A stretch of DNA of 64,000 nucleotides from a virus. The translations under genes were made by a program, and so were the position numbers. This document shows, piece by piece, positions 38,974 to 48,759 of this stretch. Where the stretch lies: the IMG/VR virus record IMGVR_UViG_3300042453_005575, positions 1-64,000 of that record, one strand, 5' to 3'. Numbering within the stretch: position 1 is the stretch's first letter; each line of letters begins with the position of its first letter. Under the pieces are notes generated by a model. That model did no database searches and was not told the DNA's origin. It saw nothing but the letters and a program-made list of their open reading frames with translations.

Positions 38974-40384
38974 TATGCACGAATTATACAATGACGCGGA
39001 TTTTATCGAGCTTGTTATAAAATGCATGTTTAGGTCTAAAAACATTTTGCAAAAAGCATTAGACTTAAAGCTGGTCCCTGAGGATTTCGGGACAATCACA
39101 GTTTACCAGGCATTTGCGCAGGCAGCGCTAGAAATAGGCGAGGCCCCCATAAATTCCAAATTATGCCTAGCCAAGCTAAAATCAATCTTGCCTGAAAAAG
39201 GCATCGATGACACAAGTTCGGCTATAGAATTTTGGGAATTTGTGTATGATGAGGGTGAAGATATAAACGAAGGTTACGTTTTAAAAAACCTTCCAGATTT
39301 TACGTCAACACGAAAGTTTCAAAGAGTACGTTTGGAAGAATGTAATTCTCCTGAAGAAGCTGTTATTAAGGCGCAGAATATCATTGGGGATATAGCATTC
39401 AGGAAAACTGCGCAGGATATTCGTACTTTTACACCGTTCAAAAATATCGTTTTAACCGAATTAAGGGAGTCACTCGAAACCGGGTTTAGTGCTATCGATA
39501 TGGTGGCGCGGGGCCTAAACTATCAAGAGTTTGGGCTAATCCTAGGGCATAGCGGGTCAGGTAAAACAGCAGTCGCAGTTTATTCCGCGATACAGAACGC
39601 AAAAAAAGGCAGGAAAGTTCTCTATCTATCTATCGAAGAACCGGCGGAAAACATATGTAGTCGTATATATTCGAATATATTCAGAATTTGTTATACTGAC
39701 TTACACAAAGGCTCGGTCATTGTTCAAGAAGATTTGGTTAAGCTTTATAATAATATGACCGAATTTCAAAAAACTCCGCTTTTAAATTTGCATGTGCATG
39801 ATTTACGCGGGGCTCAGGGCTCGATAACTGCTAAATATCTCGAGAACTATCTTGATCATTTGTATTTAAGCACAGGATTTCACCCTGACTTGGTATACAT
39901 AGATCAAATGGACTACCTAACAACGAACAGTAAATATGATTCAGAATGGCAAAAATATGGAAAAGTGGCTTTTGAAATTGATGAATTTTCAAATCATTTA
40001 ATCGGAGGGAAGCATAAGTTTTCAATATGGCTGCTACACCAAGCCGGTGGTAAGATGACAAAAAATTTCACTAACGCTGAAATAACAGGGTTCAAAGGTA
40101 TTATAAAACCCACCGACATGGCTTTGGCTATTGGGAGGGACAGCTCACACTCCACACTTGTTAACATATTCTCTCTTAAATCTAGGCACGCGAAAAACTT
40201 CAGGTTTGATTATATAGCTGAGTTGGAATTTATGAATTTTGAAGAGTTGAACAATGGAGCCGAGGATAGAATAAAGATGGAGCATGAAGATAAAATGAAA
40301 CTTAAAAAAAGTAATTTTGCCAACGTCCCTAATAAAAGTATGTTGTTGCCTTCGGCTAACACGGGGTTTGAGAGCGTTGTGTGA
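38966..40384 (+). CDS. dnaB: DnaB-like replicative helicase
   Basis: ETGFSAID, GHSGSGKT, YLSIEE, VYIDQMD, HQ, KSRH. Confidence 0.88.
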   Translation: MINMHELYNDADFIELVIKCMFRSKNILQKALDLKLVPEDFGTITVYQAFAQAALEIGEAPINSKLCLAKLKSILPEKGIDDTSSAIEFWEFVYDEGEDINEGYVLKNLPDFTSTRKFQRVRLEECNSPEEAVIKAQNIIGDIAFRKTAQDIRTFTPFKNIVLTELRESLETGFSAIDMVARGLNYQEFGLILGHSGSGKTAVAVYSAIQNAKKGRKVLYLSIEEPAENICSRIYSNIFRICYTDLHKGSVIVQEDLVKLYNNMTEFQKTPLLNLHVHDLRGAQGSITAKYLENYLDHLYLSTGFHPDLVYIDQMDYLTTNSKYDSEWQKYGKVAFEIDEFSNHLIGGKHKFSIWLLHQAGGKMTKNFTNAEITGFKGIIKPTDMALAIGRDSSHSTLVNIFSLKSRHAKNFRFDYIAELEFMNFEELNNGAEDRIKMEHEDKMKLKKSNFANVPNKSMLLPSANTGFESVV

Positions 40385-40390
40385 GTAAGT

Positions 40391-43096
40391 ATGAATAAAA
40401 ATTCAAGTAAATTATGTATTAGACCCAAAGCTTTGGCAGATACGCAGCCCGAGCTTATGATTATATTTTCGCATCCAAACATGGACGACTTGCAAGTTCG
40501 TGAATTTGGTAAAAAAGGATATGCCGCTGAAGAAGTGGTTAGCGCCTTAGAAGCTGCCGGCATCCCTCTAGATAAGGTATATTTTACAGCAATGGTCAAG
40601 CACGGTATAGGGAGTAAGGCCAAACCTTCTGCCGAAGACATAGACCTTTTTGCAGGTGAGCTGGACGAAGAAATCGACCGGTTGAAACCTAAATTAATTA
40701 TGCCTTTGGGTGCGGAAGTATTCAAAAGGATAATGAAGTCCAATATAAAAGTAGGAGATTATATCGGAGAAATCACAGATACCCCGTACGGCAAAGTTTT
40801 AGCCAACTACGCACCTGGTATGATTGTGATGATGGACCCTACTAAGCGCCCTGAGTTTAGAGAAAATTTCCTATTGGCGAAACGAGCTCTAGACAACAAC
40901 CTACAATATCAAGATTTTAAGTATATTGTTATAGATAGCCCCGCTGAAAACGAAGCGATATTAAATAAATATATTAAATCCGGGGCATTTACAATCGGCT
41001 ACGACGCAGAATGGTTCGGTAGTAAATTTACAGACGACGAGGTCATGTACGAGTTCCAGTACTCTTGCGAAAAAAATGTAGCTGTGGTGTTAAACATATC
41101 CAAAGACGGTAAGACAGAAAATTTGGAATTATTGAACACTATGAAGTTGTTATTAGAGCACCCACAAGCACAGCGCATGGGCTGGAATATTCGTGCTGAT
41201 GACCTCAGGCTAAAGCATAGAGGTTTTAATATACCGGATGAGACGCTCGCTTTTGATGGTATGAAAGCCGTGGCTTTCTTCGATTCCAGGCTAAGTAAGG
41301 GTTTGGAAACAGGTGTAAAAATATTTACAGATTATCCTCCCTACTACACCGAGCTAAACAGAAAACTAAAAGAGCATAAATTAGCTAAAAATGAGTTAGC
41401 AAAATTAAAATTTTTAGACCCAGATGTTTATTATTACTATTGCGCGGGTGATGCGGTGAGCCACCGAGAAGCTTGCTGTAGAATGCGGCATTCGTTCCCC
41501 GCGAACCTGAAAGACTTTTATTTCAATGTGTATCTTCCTTTAACCCATTATTTTTTGGATATGGAGTACACAGGAATTGCGGTGGATAAAAATATTCTAG
41601 AAGATCTGACAGCGAAATATTCTTCTAAATATTACGAGTTACGAGAGGAGTTAACAACGTTCCTTAAATTGATTTATGGTGTTGAAGATTTCAATCCTAA
41701 TTCAGCCCCGCAAAAGAAAGAATTGCTTTTTGATGTTCTGAAGCTGGAACCTGCGTATTATACAAAATCAGGTAAATCCCCCAAATCAAAGGTATGGTAC
41801 GATAAACAATCGCCGCAGTCGCAGAAAATGTATCAGCCGTCCACTAACGGTAAATCATTATCTACGATGAAATTCAAATTAGAAGAAATATTAGAGCAAC
41901 ATCCGAATTCTATTGAGCTAAAGAACAAGCATAAAGCCATAACTCTGCTGCTGAATGTAAGCAGAGTCGGAGTATTTGCCACAAAATTTCTTTCTAAAAA
42001 AGGTATTATTGAAGATGCAACGGATGACTCACTCGAGGATGACTCGGAGGAGCCGCTGAAACAAAGTTATTGGGCTGCTATATGTAACGACGGAAAAGTT
42101 CATGCTAGCTTTTTTGAGTGCTTGAAAAATTTTAGAGCTTCAAGTTCACCTAACGTGCAAAACCCTGCATCCAAGGTGTTGGCGTACATACCTGACATTT
42201 TTGTTCCAAATTACACCAAACTTTCTTCGGAAGAACAGAAGTCTCTTGCGCATATTATGCCTAAAAATATACGCAATATATTTCACCCTGCGGATCCTGA
42301 TTATTATTGGGTTGAGCTTGATGTCGCAGGAGCTGACCTTGCGATTATGGCTTTTTTATCTCGCGATAAAGATTTCATACAGGATATTAGGGCAGGTAAT
42401 TTCCATCAAACTAAAATGCGAGAATATTTTAATGACCCTACGCTAACAAAAAAAGATGTATCCAAATATGTGATATCCAAGAGTATCACATTTCGTGTTT
42501 CTTACACCGCAGGTTTAAAATTTGCCGCATTACCCATACAGGCTGATATATACGCTGAGAATGGGCTGTATGTTTCGTTGGAAACATTAAATTATGCGCT
42601 GGAAACATGGCAAAGGTATAAAGACTATATGCTTTTCCGTGACAAATGTACGGCTGAAGTTGATAACCACAATAAAATAACAAACGCGAGAGGCCTAGTG
42701 CTGAACTATGAAAAAACCGATAATTTCGGTATTTTAGCTGGGTGGAAAAATGAAAGTTTGGCTTTTCCTGTAGCCAGTGAGTTGGCTTGTTTTATGTGGG
42801 ATGCTTCGGTTAATTTTAAAAACCTCATGAAAAAGGAAGGTTTATGGATGAAATATATTTACCCTGTTAATACTGTACATGACGCAGGTTATTGGGTAGT
42901 GCATAAAGATTTAGTTAAAGATGATTACATCCAAGAAATGCTCAAATACATATTCTGTCACAAAACTTATTTAGCTACTAATGATAATGTAGGCTGTGAG
43001 TTGGTAATTTCTGACAGATGGAAGGGAAAGGAAAAAATCTTTGAAAAAGAAACTGCCTGGAACTTTGAAAAAAATATTTGGGAGTGGAAAAATTGA
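40391..43096 (+). CDS. polA: Family A DNA polymerase with N-terminal UDG-like domain and 3'-5' exonuclease
   Basis: Family-4 UDG fold (VYFTAMVKH, EEIDRLKPKLIMPLG), Exo YDAE/WNIRADD/YCAGD, RASSSPNVQN, motifs A LDVAGADL, B KSITFRVSY, C VHD. Confidence 0.9.
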   Translation: MNKNSSKLCIRPKALADTQPELMIIFSHPNMDDLQVREFGKKGYAAEEVVSALEAAGIPLDKVYFTAMVKHGIGSKAKPSAEDIDLFAGELDEEIDRLKPKLIMPLGAEVFKRIMKSNIKVGDYIGEITDTPYGKVLANYAPGMIVMMDPTKRPEFRENFLLAKRALDNNLQYQDFKYIVIDSPAENEAILNKYIKSGAFTIGYDAEWFGSKFTDDEVMYEFQYSCEKNVAVVLNISKDGKTENLELLNTMKLLLEHPQAQRMGWNIRADDLRLKHRGFNIPDETLAFDGMKAVAFFDSRLSKGLETGVKIFTDYPPYYTELNRKLKEHKLAKNELAKLKFLDPDVYYYYCAGDAVSHREACCRMRHSFPANLKDFYFNVYLPLTHYFLDMEYTGIAVDKNILEDLTAKYSSKYYELREELTTFLKLIYGVEDFNPNSAPQKKELLFDVLKLEPAYYTKSGKSPKSKVWYDKQSPQSQKMYQPSTNGKSLSTMKFKLEEILEQHPNSIELKNKHKAITLLLNVSRVGVFATKFLSKKGIIEDATDDSLEDDSEEPLKQSYWAAICNDGKVHASFFECLKNFRASSSPNVQNPASKVLAYIPDIFVPNYTKLSSEEQKSLAHIMPKNIRNIFHPADPDYYWVELDVAGADLAIMAFLSRDKDFIQDIRAGNFHQTKMREYFNDPTLTKKDVSKYVISKSITFRVSYTAGLKFAALPIQADIYAENGLYVSLETLNYALETWQRYKDYMLFRDKCTAEVDNHNKITNARGLVLNYEKTDNFGILAGWKNESLAFPVASELACFMWDASVNFKNLMKKEGLWMKYIYPVNTVHDAGYWVVHKDLVKDDYIQEMLKYIFCHKTYLATNDNVGCELVISDRWKGKEKIFEKETAWNFEKNIWEWKN

Positions 43097-43105
43097 AACA
43101 TACGT

Positions 43106-43861
43106 ATGAATGACGCGCAAGAAGTGGTCAAAAAATTTGATCACCTCAAGTTAACCAATAATTCCAAAGTAAGATTTTATGAAAAACATAACAATACTTT
43201 CAGTTTAAGGCAGGGCAGACCCGAAGATGGCGGGACATGTCCTCACGCCACCCAAGGAAAAGGTGGATGCCTGAGTGTCTGTTACGACGCTAATTTAAGA
43301 AAACTCTATAAAAACTACGCTGCTGTGGAAGATGATAACACAGCTCTGGTACGCGGCGCAAAAGATGCAGCAGAGCTGGTAGGGATACTCGAAAAAACTG
43401 TTTCTGTGTGGCTTGCAGGCGACAAAAAAGACAAAAAGTTTTTCAGAATCCATACTGGCGGGGATTTTTACAACATGGACTACGTGGTGGCTTGGGCAAG
43501 GGTTATCGAAAAGTTCTCTGGTGTTAGGTTTTGGGCATACACCAGATCACTTTTCGCTATCTCTACACTCGCAGAGCTTAAAAATTTAACTCTGCTCTTG
43601 AGCTGCGACCCGGTAAATAAAGATGAAGTTTTAAAAGCTTACGCCCCATATCGAGATTACCCTAACGTCACCGTAGCTTGGATGGGTAATGATTTCCCGG
43701 AAGAACACCTAAGCGACAGATCTGTATTGATTTGTCCGGAAGTAACAAAGAAGGTTAAAAATACTAAAGAAATAGGCGCATGCGCACGTTGCAGAGCCTG
43801 CATAGATCGTCCGTTAAAATCAGGATTTTTTAGATACATACAATTTCCTATTCATAGATAA
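43106..43861 (+). CDS. Gp88-like Cys-rich (radical-SAM-like fold) phage protein
   Basis: TCPHA...CLSVCY, FRIHTGGDFY, WAYTRS, CP...CARCRAC. Confidence 0.75.
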   Translation: MNDAQEVVKKFDHLKLTNNSKVRFYEKHNNTFSLRQGRPEDGGTCPHATQGKGGCLSVCYDANLRKLYKNYAAVEDDNTALVRGAKDAAELVGILEKTVSVWLAGDKKDKKFFRIHTGGDFYNMDYVVAWARVIEKFSGVRFWAYTRSLFAISTLAELKNLTLLLSCDPVNKDEVLKAYAPYRDYPNVTVAWMGNDFPEEHLSDRSVLICPEVTKKVKNTKEIGACARCRACIDRPLKSGFFRYIQFPIHR

Positions 43862-43890
43862 CCACTCAAAACATTCCTATATAACACAAT

Positions 43891-44523
43891 ATGAAAAAAA
43901 TCGAAATACAAATGGCACAAATCGCCACAGTTGAATTCCTTGCAGGCTTTGGCGTAGTAGAAAATAAAGACATTGCGGCCGTACTCGGTCCGCTCTCGAG
44001 CCATGATAAACTCCGCGGAGTTAAAAGATCTATAACAGTTATCAAAAACAAAAACCAAAAAGCTAAGAAAAAACCTGAAGTTAAAACAGTTGCGCTAGCC
44101 AAAATTTATGTAAACCCGAAGGTAAAGGCTAAGCCCCGCGAAAAAACTGCGACAGGAGAAAACATCACTTCTCAAGATTTAAAAGTCTCTGATCTTGCAA
44201 CAGCAAGAATTCGAGGCTATAAAGCAGAGATTATTCGCCTCTGTGGGCGAGAAGCAAGAAAGAACATCATGGCCAATAATATGTCTATGCATGACATCGA
44301 GTCTTCTGGGCGCGAAGTGTATCGCGAACCGTTTAGAACTCTTTACCATGAATTTGATGCTGTGATTTCTCGCAAGCTTGAAAATACTGGCATGACTCTA
44401 GCCGACTATGGGTTAGGATTCAAGCTGGATAAAAATGCCGCTAACTATCTCGAAAAGGTGGCTAATGCTGGGTTCCTCACCCATATGTATACGGTTGCAA
44501 AAAATCTTTACGGTTCTAGATAA
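43891..44523 (+). CDS. Hypothetical basic protein
   Basis: 210-aa ORF. Confidence 0.7.
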   Translation: MKKIEIQMAQIATVEFLAGFGVVENKDIAAVLGPLSSHDKLRGVKRSITVIKNKNQKAKKKPEVKTVALAKIYVNPKVKAKPREKTATGENITSQDLKVSDLATARIRGYKAEIIRLCGREARKNIMANNMSMHDIESSGREVYREPFRTLYHEFDAVISRKLENTGMTLADYGLGFKLDKNAANYLEKVANAGFLTHMYTVAKNLYGSR

Positions 44524-44595
44524 TACAGATAAAATATACTATTAGTGTAACTTAGTTAATTATTTAAACGCAATATAACTTCATTTAGAAAAATT

Positions 44596-44850
44596 ATGAA
44601 ATATAAAATCGACATCGCAGACAGAACTGGACACACCACCATGGCAGACTTAAATATTCAAGAGGCTACTGATCAAATTATAGACCACGCTGAAAAAAAC
44701 TTGATGTGGGTATTTATAAACGGTGAAAAGTTTGAGTTTTCTGGAGCTGATTTTCGCTCTGAAGAAAATGTTGAAAAGCTTCAAGGGAAGCTCGAAGCGC
44801 TGAATGACCCTGCGGTTCTCTTGACTGGCGCATTGGTTGGCGGTTGCTAA
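44596..44850 (+). CDS. Ubiquitin/ThiS-MoaD-like beta-grasp protein ending in GG-C
   Basis: 84 aa; VFING strand; C-terminus VLLTGALVGGC*; JAB and E1 genes within 4 kb. Confidence 0.75.
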   Translation: MKYKIDIADRTGHTTMADLNIQEATDQIIDHAEKNLMWVFINGEKFEFSGADFRSEENVEKLQGKLEALNDPAVLLTGALVGGC

Positions 44851-44889
44851 TCAAATAGAGTAAAGCTTTTACTAAAAGCCGAAACTTAC

Positions 44890-44925
44890 TTAGCCCTGCA
44901 CCGTTTAAATATGGTGCAGGGCTAA
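44890..44925 (+). terminator. Strong hairpin after the Ubl gene
   Basis: TTAGCCCTGCACC / GGTGCAGGGCTAA 13-bp perfect stem. Confidence 0.65.
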
Positions 44926-44960
44926 AAGTTTATATACATACACACACACTTATCTAAAAT

Positions 44961-47039
44961 TTGAGCATTTTTATTCCTATGCATTTTTCCATAAAAGAAT
45001 TTAAAACAATTGTAAACGACTTTTTCGCATACAATAAACATATTATAAGCGGGCAAGTAACGGTAGACTATCACTATTCTTCAGAAGCAGCCCCGAAATA
45101 TAGATTAAATTTCGGAAACCTAGAGTTTGAAACTGTGGAGGATATGCATCAAGTTTCCAAATACATACCAATACCTCTCCACGGGCTGATATATAAGAAT
45201 AAAGACCGTCACCCTAAGCTTTGGAACCATCTGGTCGTGAGCGCTAATTCTAATGACAAGCCTGCCACATTAAGCCTCATACAGAAAAAGCATACCGAAG
45301 CATTCAAAAGTATTAAACTAATTCCGGAAACTCTAGCAGAAGATCGCCAACCGTTTATTATATGTGAGGAACCTCTTGAAGTTACTGAAGGAAATTATAC
45401 TTATAGGTTTTTAACAATACCTGCATCAGGCAGATTCCGTGGCGGATCAAGATCTGATATATATTTGGCAGCTCGAAATGACGAGCCTATATATGATTAC
45501 CTGGATAAAGGTTATTTTGTGCTTCCGCTAGTCCGCCGGTTCTCGGCTTCGAATAAAACAGGTAAAACCACGCTTGTTGCAGATGAATACAACGTTCATG
45601 TGGCTCACATCATGCTAATGTGCTGTATACAGCCTGCTTTGGTCTCGGAATTGCAGGATGGATGTTTTATAAATTCGCATAACGCTGAAATAATGAGGCT
45701 GAAATTAGAGAAAAAATTAAGTGAAAAACAAAAAGCAGTTTTCGATAAGGAGAAAGCCAATATCGAAGCAGATTACAGGAAAAATACAACTCTCATTGTT
45801 ATAGGAAAACTCATGTCAGACGATATCCCAAAAACAACTATGAGAGATATCGTGTTTACAAAAACTTCTGCCGCATACGAAAACATTACGATAGAGGCAT
45901 CTGATTTGCTGAATGTCCTATACTCCAGGATGAATTTCCAAGGCGAGTTCGACATCTACGCTATCAGCAATTTATATAGCCAGTATGTAGAAGAATTATT
46001 GAACCAATCTCTTGAGGCTAAGGTATTAACACCGATTAAAATTAACGGAATCGAGATCAAGCCCTCGATAACTGCAACATATCAAAGATATATCAATGGA
46101 ATACGAATAAACAAAGACGAAGTAGCCAAAGTTATCCACCGCGCTTCTTGCTTTCATGACCAGAAAGACTACAATTTGTTTCTTAAGTCCATTTCCCGTA
46201 TGTCTATACGTTGGCATGATATTATTGCTAATGGCCTGCCTGTAAAAATCCATCAAATGAACTATGATGAATTAAAATCGCCAACACCCTCGGAGCGCGC
46301 TCCGGTTATAAAATTCTTTATAGACACCGATGACCACAGACAGATCAAAATCAAAGTAGATGACAAGCGTGCTGTGCGTGTCCAGTTTTCAAAATTACTG
46401 AAAAAGGTTGATAGCTTAAATAGAAAAACAAACGGCGGCTATGGTGCTCAGTATATTAACGGGTACAGATACACAACTCGAAACGGTGAGTGGTGCGCTC
46501 GAGAGCTTGTCGCTATTTTAGCTGAGTGTTGCACATTCGCTGAAAAAACAAAAAATGAAAACGGGGAAGAAGTAAACACAGTAAAAGTTGAGATAACGAA
46601 AGAAGATCTTACAAAACTTTTAGGTGTGGTGCAAAAAGAAAAAGAAGCAATGCTTAAAAGATCTAAAGAATTTTTGGCTTCGGCTGTCAAGCTGACCGGA
46701 GCAGAATCTATAGAATTTTTGGGTAAACCAGCCTATAAAGTAAAAGGCTTACTCCGTGAATACGCTGTGGTTATAGAAGACGCTAAAGTTTACGATTACG
46801 CTACAAAGCAATACCGCTGTATTGTGAATGACCGCCATTATAAAGGAGCCGGCTATGACGACATAGCATCTCGCTTATTGGCACTTAAAAATGACTCTGT
46901 TATGCAAAATCATATCGGCACACTCAAAGGAGCTGCTCAACCAGGAGCGGAAAACGCTCACAATAGCTACGCACCCGACAGAGAGATAGGAGAGATGGTC
47001 GAAACTATGGTTGACGAAGTGCTGAAAAAAACTGCATAG
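44961..47039 (+). CDS. Large hypothetical protein of the Ubl cluster
   Basis: 692 aa (start may be the downstream ATG); C-terminal VKGLLREYAV...YRCIV...SRLLALKND recalls the C-terminal domain of DUF4132-type proteins. Confidence 0.75.
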   Translation: MSIFIPMHFSIKEFKTIVNDFFAYNKHIISGQVTVDYHYSSEAAPKYRLNFGNLEFETVEDMHQVSKYIPIPLHGLIYKNKDRHPKLWNHLVVSANSNDKPATLSLIQKKHTEAFKSIKLIPETLAEDRQPFIICEEPLEVTEGNYTYRFLTIPASGRFRGGSRSDIYLAARNDEPIYDYLDKGYFVLPLVRRFSASNKTGKTTLVADEYNVHVAHIMLMCCIQPALVSELQDGCFINSHNAEIMRLKLEKKLSEKQKAVFDKEKANIEADYRKNTTLIVIGKLMSDDIPKTTMRDIVFTKTSAAYENITIEASDLLNVLYSRMNFQGEFDIYAISNLYSQYVEELLNQSLEAKVLTPIKINGIEIKPSITATYQRYINGIRINKDEVAKVIHRASCFHDQKDYNLFLKSISRMSIRWHDIIANGLPVKIHQMNYDELKSPTPSERAPVIKFFIDTDDHRQIKIKVDDKRAVRVQFSKLLKKVDSLNRKTNGGYGAQYINGYRYTTRNGEWCARELVAILAECCTFAEKTKNENGEEVNTVKVEITKEDLTKLLGVVQKEKEAMLKRSKEFLASAVKLTGAESIEFLGKPAYKVKGLLREYAVVIEDAKVYDYATKQYRCIVNDRHYKGAGYDDIASRLLALKNDSVMQNHIGTLKGAAQPGAENAHNSYAPDREIGEMVETMVDEVLKKTA

Positions 47040-47064
47040 CCCATCAAATAAACACAGAAAACAA

Positions 47065-47706
47065 ATGAAAGCACCTTATATACTGGATATAGCTACCACA
47101 CCCTTGCCAAGAGAAACCCTCTTGGCAAGGGCTCCAGAATTCAAAGCTGGCGCGAATCTAAAAGACCCGGCTAAAATAGCCGAAGATATAGAACGAAAAA
47201 AGAAAAAGTATTTGGAAGATGCCCATCTTTCAGAAGCAACTGCTACTGTTTCGTGCATAGCTATAGCTGATTATAACCATCCAACTGATTCGATGTTGCT
47301 CACCAACGACTCTGAGAAGGATTTGCTGGCGAGCTTCGAAGAATTTATAACTAAAAATGAAAAAGAAAAACTAATAACATTCAGAGGATTTAAATTTGTT
47401 TATCCTTTCTTAGCTAGAAGAGGTGCGGTACACGGGTTCAATTTTTTCAAATATCTTGTGTACCCCGCAGCACTTCAAAGCAACCCATTCGAGCAACATA
47501 TCGACGTGGCAAAAATATGGGCTTGTGGGAGCATTTTTCATCCTGAAACGCTTCAAGAAATAGCTGATGTTCTAGGTATAGAATGCAGCGGGGTTTCTGA
47601 CATTTACCATGAATTAGTTAATAACACGTCTGATTCTTATGCGTTCGTACATATGTTCAATAAATTAAAAATAATAAATAAAATAGGTAAAGCCTTAGGA
47701 ATATAA
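47065..47706 (+). CDS. PolB-type 3'-5' exonuclease-like protein, probably inactive
   Basis: ILDIAT.P, SEKDLLASF, LITFRGFKFVYPFL, HIDV; several acidic catalytic residues missing. Confidence 0.65.
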   Translation: MKAPYILDIATTPLPRETLLARAPEFKAGANLKDPAKIAEDIERKKKKYLEDAHLSEATATVSCIAIADYNHPTDSMLLTNDSEKDLLASFEEFITKNEKEKLITFRGFKFVYPFLARRGAVHGFNFFKYLVYPAALQSNPFEQHIDVAKIWACGSIFHPETLQEIADVLGIECSGVSDIYHELVNNTSDSYAFVHMFNKLKIINKIGKALGI

Positions 47707-47710
47707 TATT

Positions 47711-48160
47711 ATGGGGTTATTTGAAAATATTAATCATCTATTGGCTAAAGAAATAGTCGAAGCCTCCCGTGTATGTGGATATTCAGAAGAAGAACAGGGT
47801 GGTATTATTCTTGAAAAAAATGGGGAGTATGTTTTTACCTATGTGAAAAACAAGCATAGAGGAAGTGATATGGCTCCTCAGCTGTACGAAACTGACTTAG
47901 AAGATTTTAAAGAAAATGTGGCCCCGAAAGTTGCGGATGGGTGGAAATTCTTTGCGAGTTTCCACACACATCCGTCATTCAGCCCTACCCCTAGCCGCTT
48001 GGATTTGGAGAAGTTATTCACAGGATTCAAATATAATGTTATTTTTGCTACCCATCAAAAAATGTTTTGTTGGGCAGAATGGTTGTCGCAAGATCATTTA
48101 TTTTTATATTACATTCCATTAAATTCACTCAAACTTATTATACATCATAATGAATCATAA
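47711..48160 (+). CDS. JAB/MPN (JAMM) metallopeptidase
   Basis: EQGGIIL...FHTHPSFSPTPSRLD matches E...HxH-x7-S-x2-D. Confidence 0.9.
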   Translation: MGLFENINHLLAKEIVEASRVCGYSEEEQGGIILEKNGEYVFTYVKNKHRGSDMAPQLYETDLEDFKENVAPKVADGWKFFASFHTHPSFSPTPSRLDLEKLFTGFKYNVIFATHQKMFCWAEWLSQDHLFLYYIPLNSLKLIIHHNES

Positions 48161-48743
48161 AATTGCAATCGCGGGGGCAGGAGGAATCGGCTCTAACCTA
48201 TTAGCTATATTATTCGACTACGGCTTTAACCGTAAACAATTTGACTATGCTTCTGCCAAGGTCGATATTTACGATGACGACACAGTCGATTTGACTAACT
48301 TATTACATCAAAATTATAAAATAGACGACATCGGTAAATACAAAGTATCTGTTATGGAAGACAAGTACATTGTGAATGGGATCAAACGAAGGATGACCCC
48401 AGACGATTTTAAAAATTACAATGTTGTCTTTTGTTGCGTAGATAATATGCCTTTCCGTAAGGCTCTTTACGAGTATAGTTGGAACAACACAGATAAAAAA
48501 TTGTTCTGGGTTGACGGGCGCTGCACATCGCGGCAAGGCGCGGTGTTCACTTCTGAAATGCCTAAAGATATTCTGCTAAACTACATAGACGCTTCAAAAG
48601 AGGAAGGTGGATGTCTACTCGCCTTTGAGAAAGAACAGAACATCAGCCACACACTTCCAACGATTGTCGCAGGAATGATGGCTCAAGCTTTTCTAAACAA
48701 CCTTCGTGAGCAAAAAACATCCAAACTTATATTTATGGTGTAA
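48150..48743 (+). CDS. ThiF/E1-like adenylating enzyme
   Basis: IAGAGGIGS, YDDDTVDLTNLLHQ, DIGKYKV, CCVDNMPFRK, WVDGR, GGCLL. Confidence 0.92.
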   Translation: MNHKIAIAGAGGIGSNLLAILFDYGFNRKQFDYASAKVDIYDDDTVDLTNLLHQNYKIDDIGKYKVSVMEDKYIVNGIKRRMTPDDFKNYNVVFCCVDNMPFRKALYEYSWNNTDKKLFWVDGRCTSRQGAVFTSEMPKDILLNYIDASKEEGGCLLAFEKEQNISHTLPTIVAGMMAQAFLNNLREQKTSKLIFMV

Positions 48744-48759
48744 CTATTTGAGATAGAAT

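Noticed and set aside
44934-44949. Short CA dinucleotide run
   Set aside because: Too short and intergenic to support phase variation.
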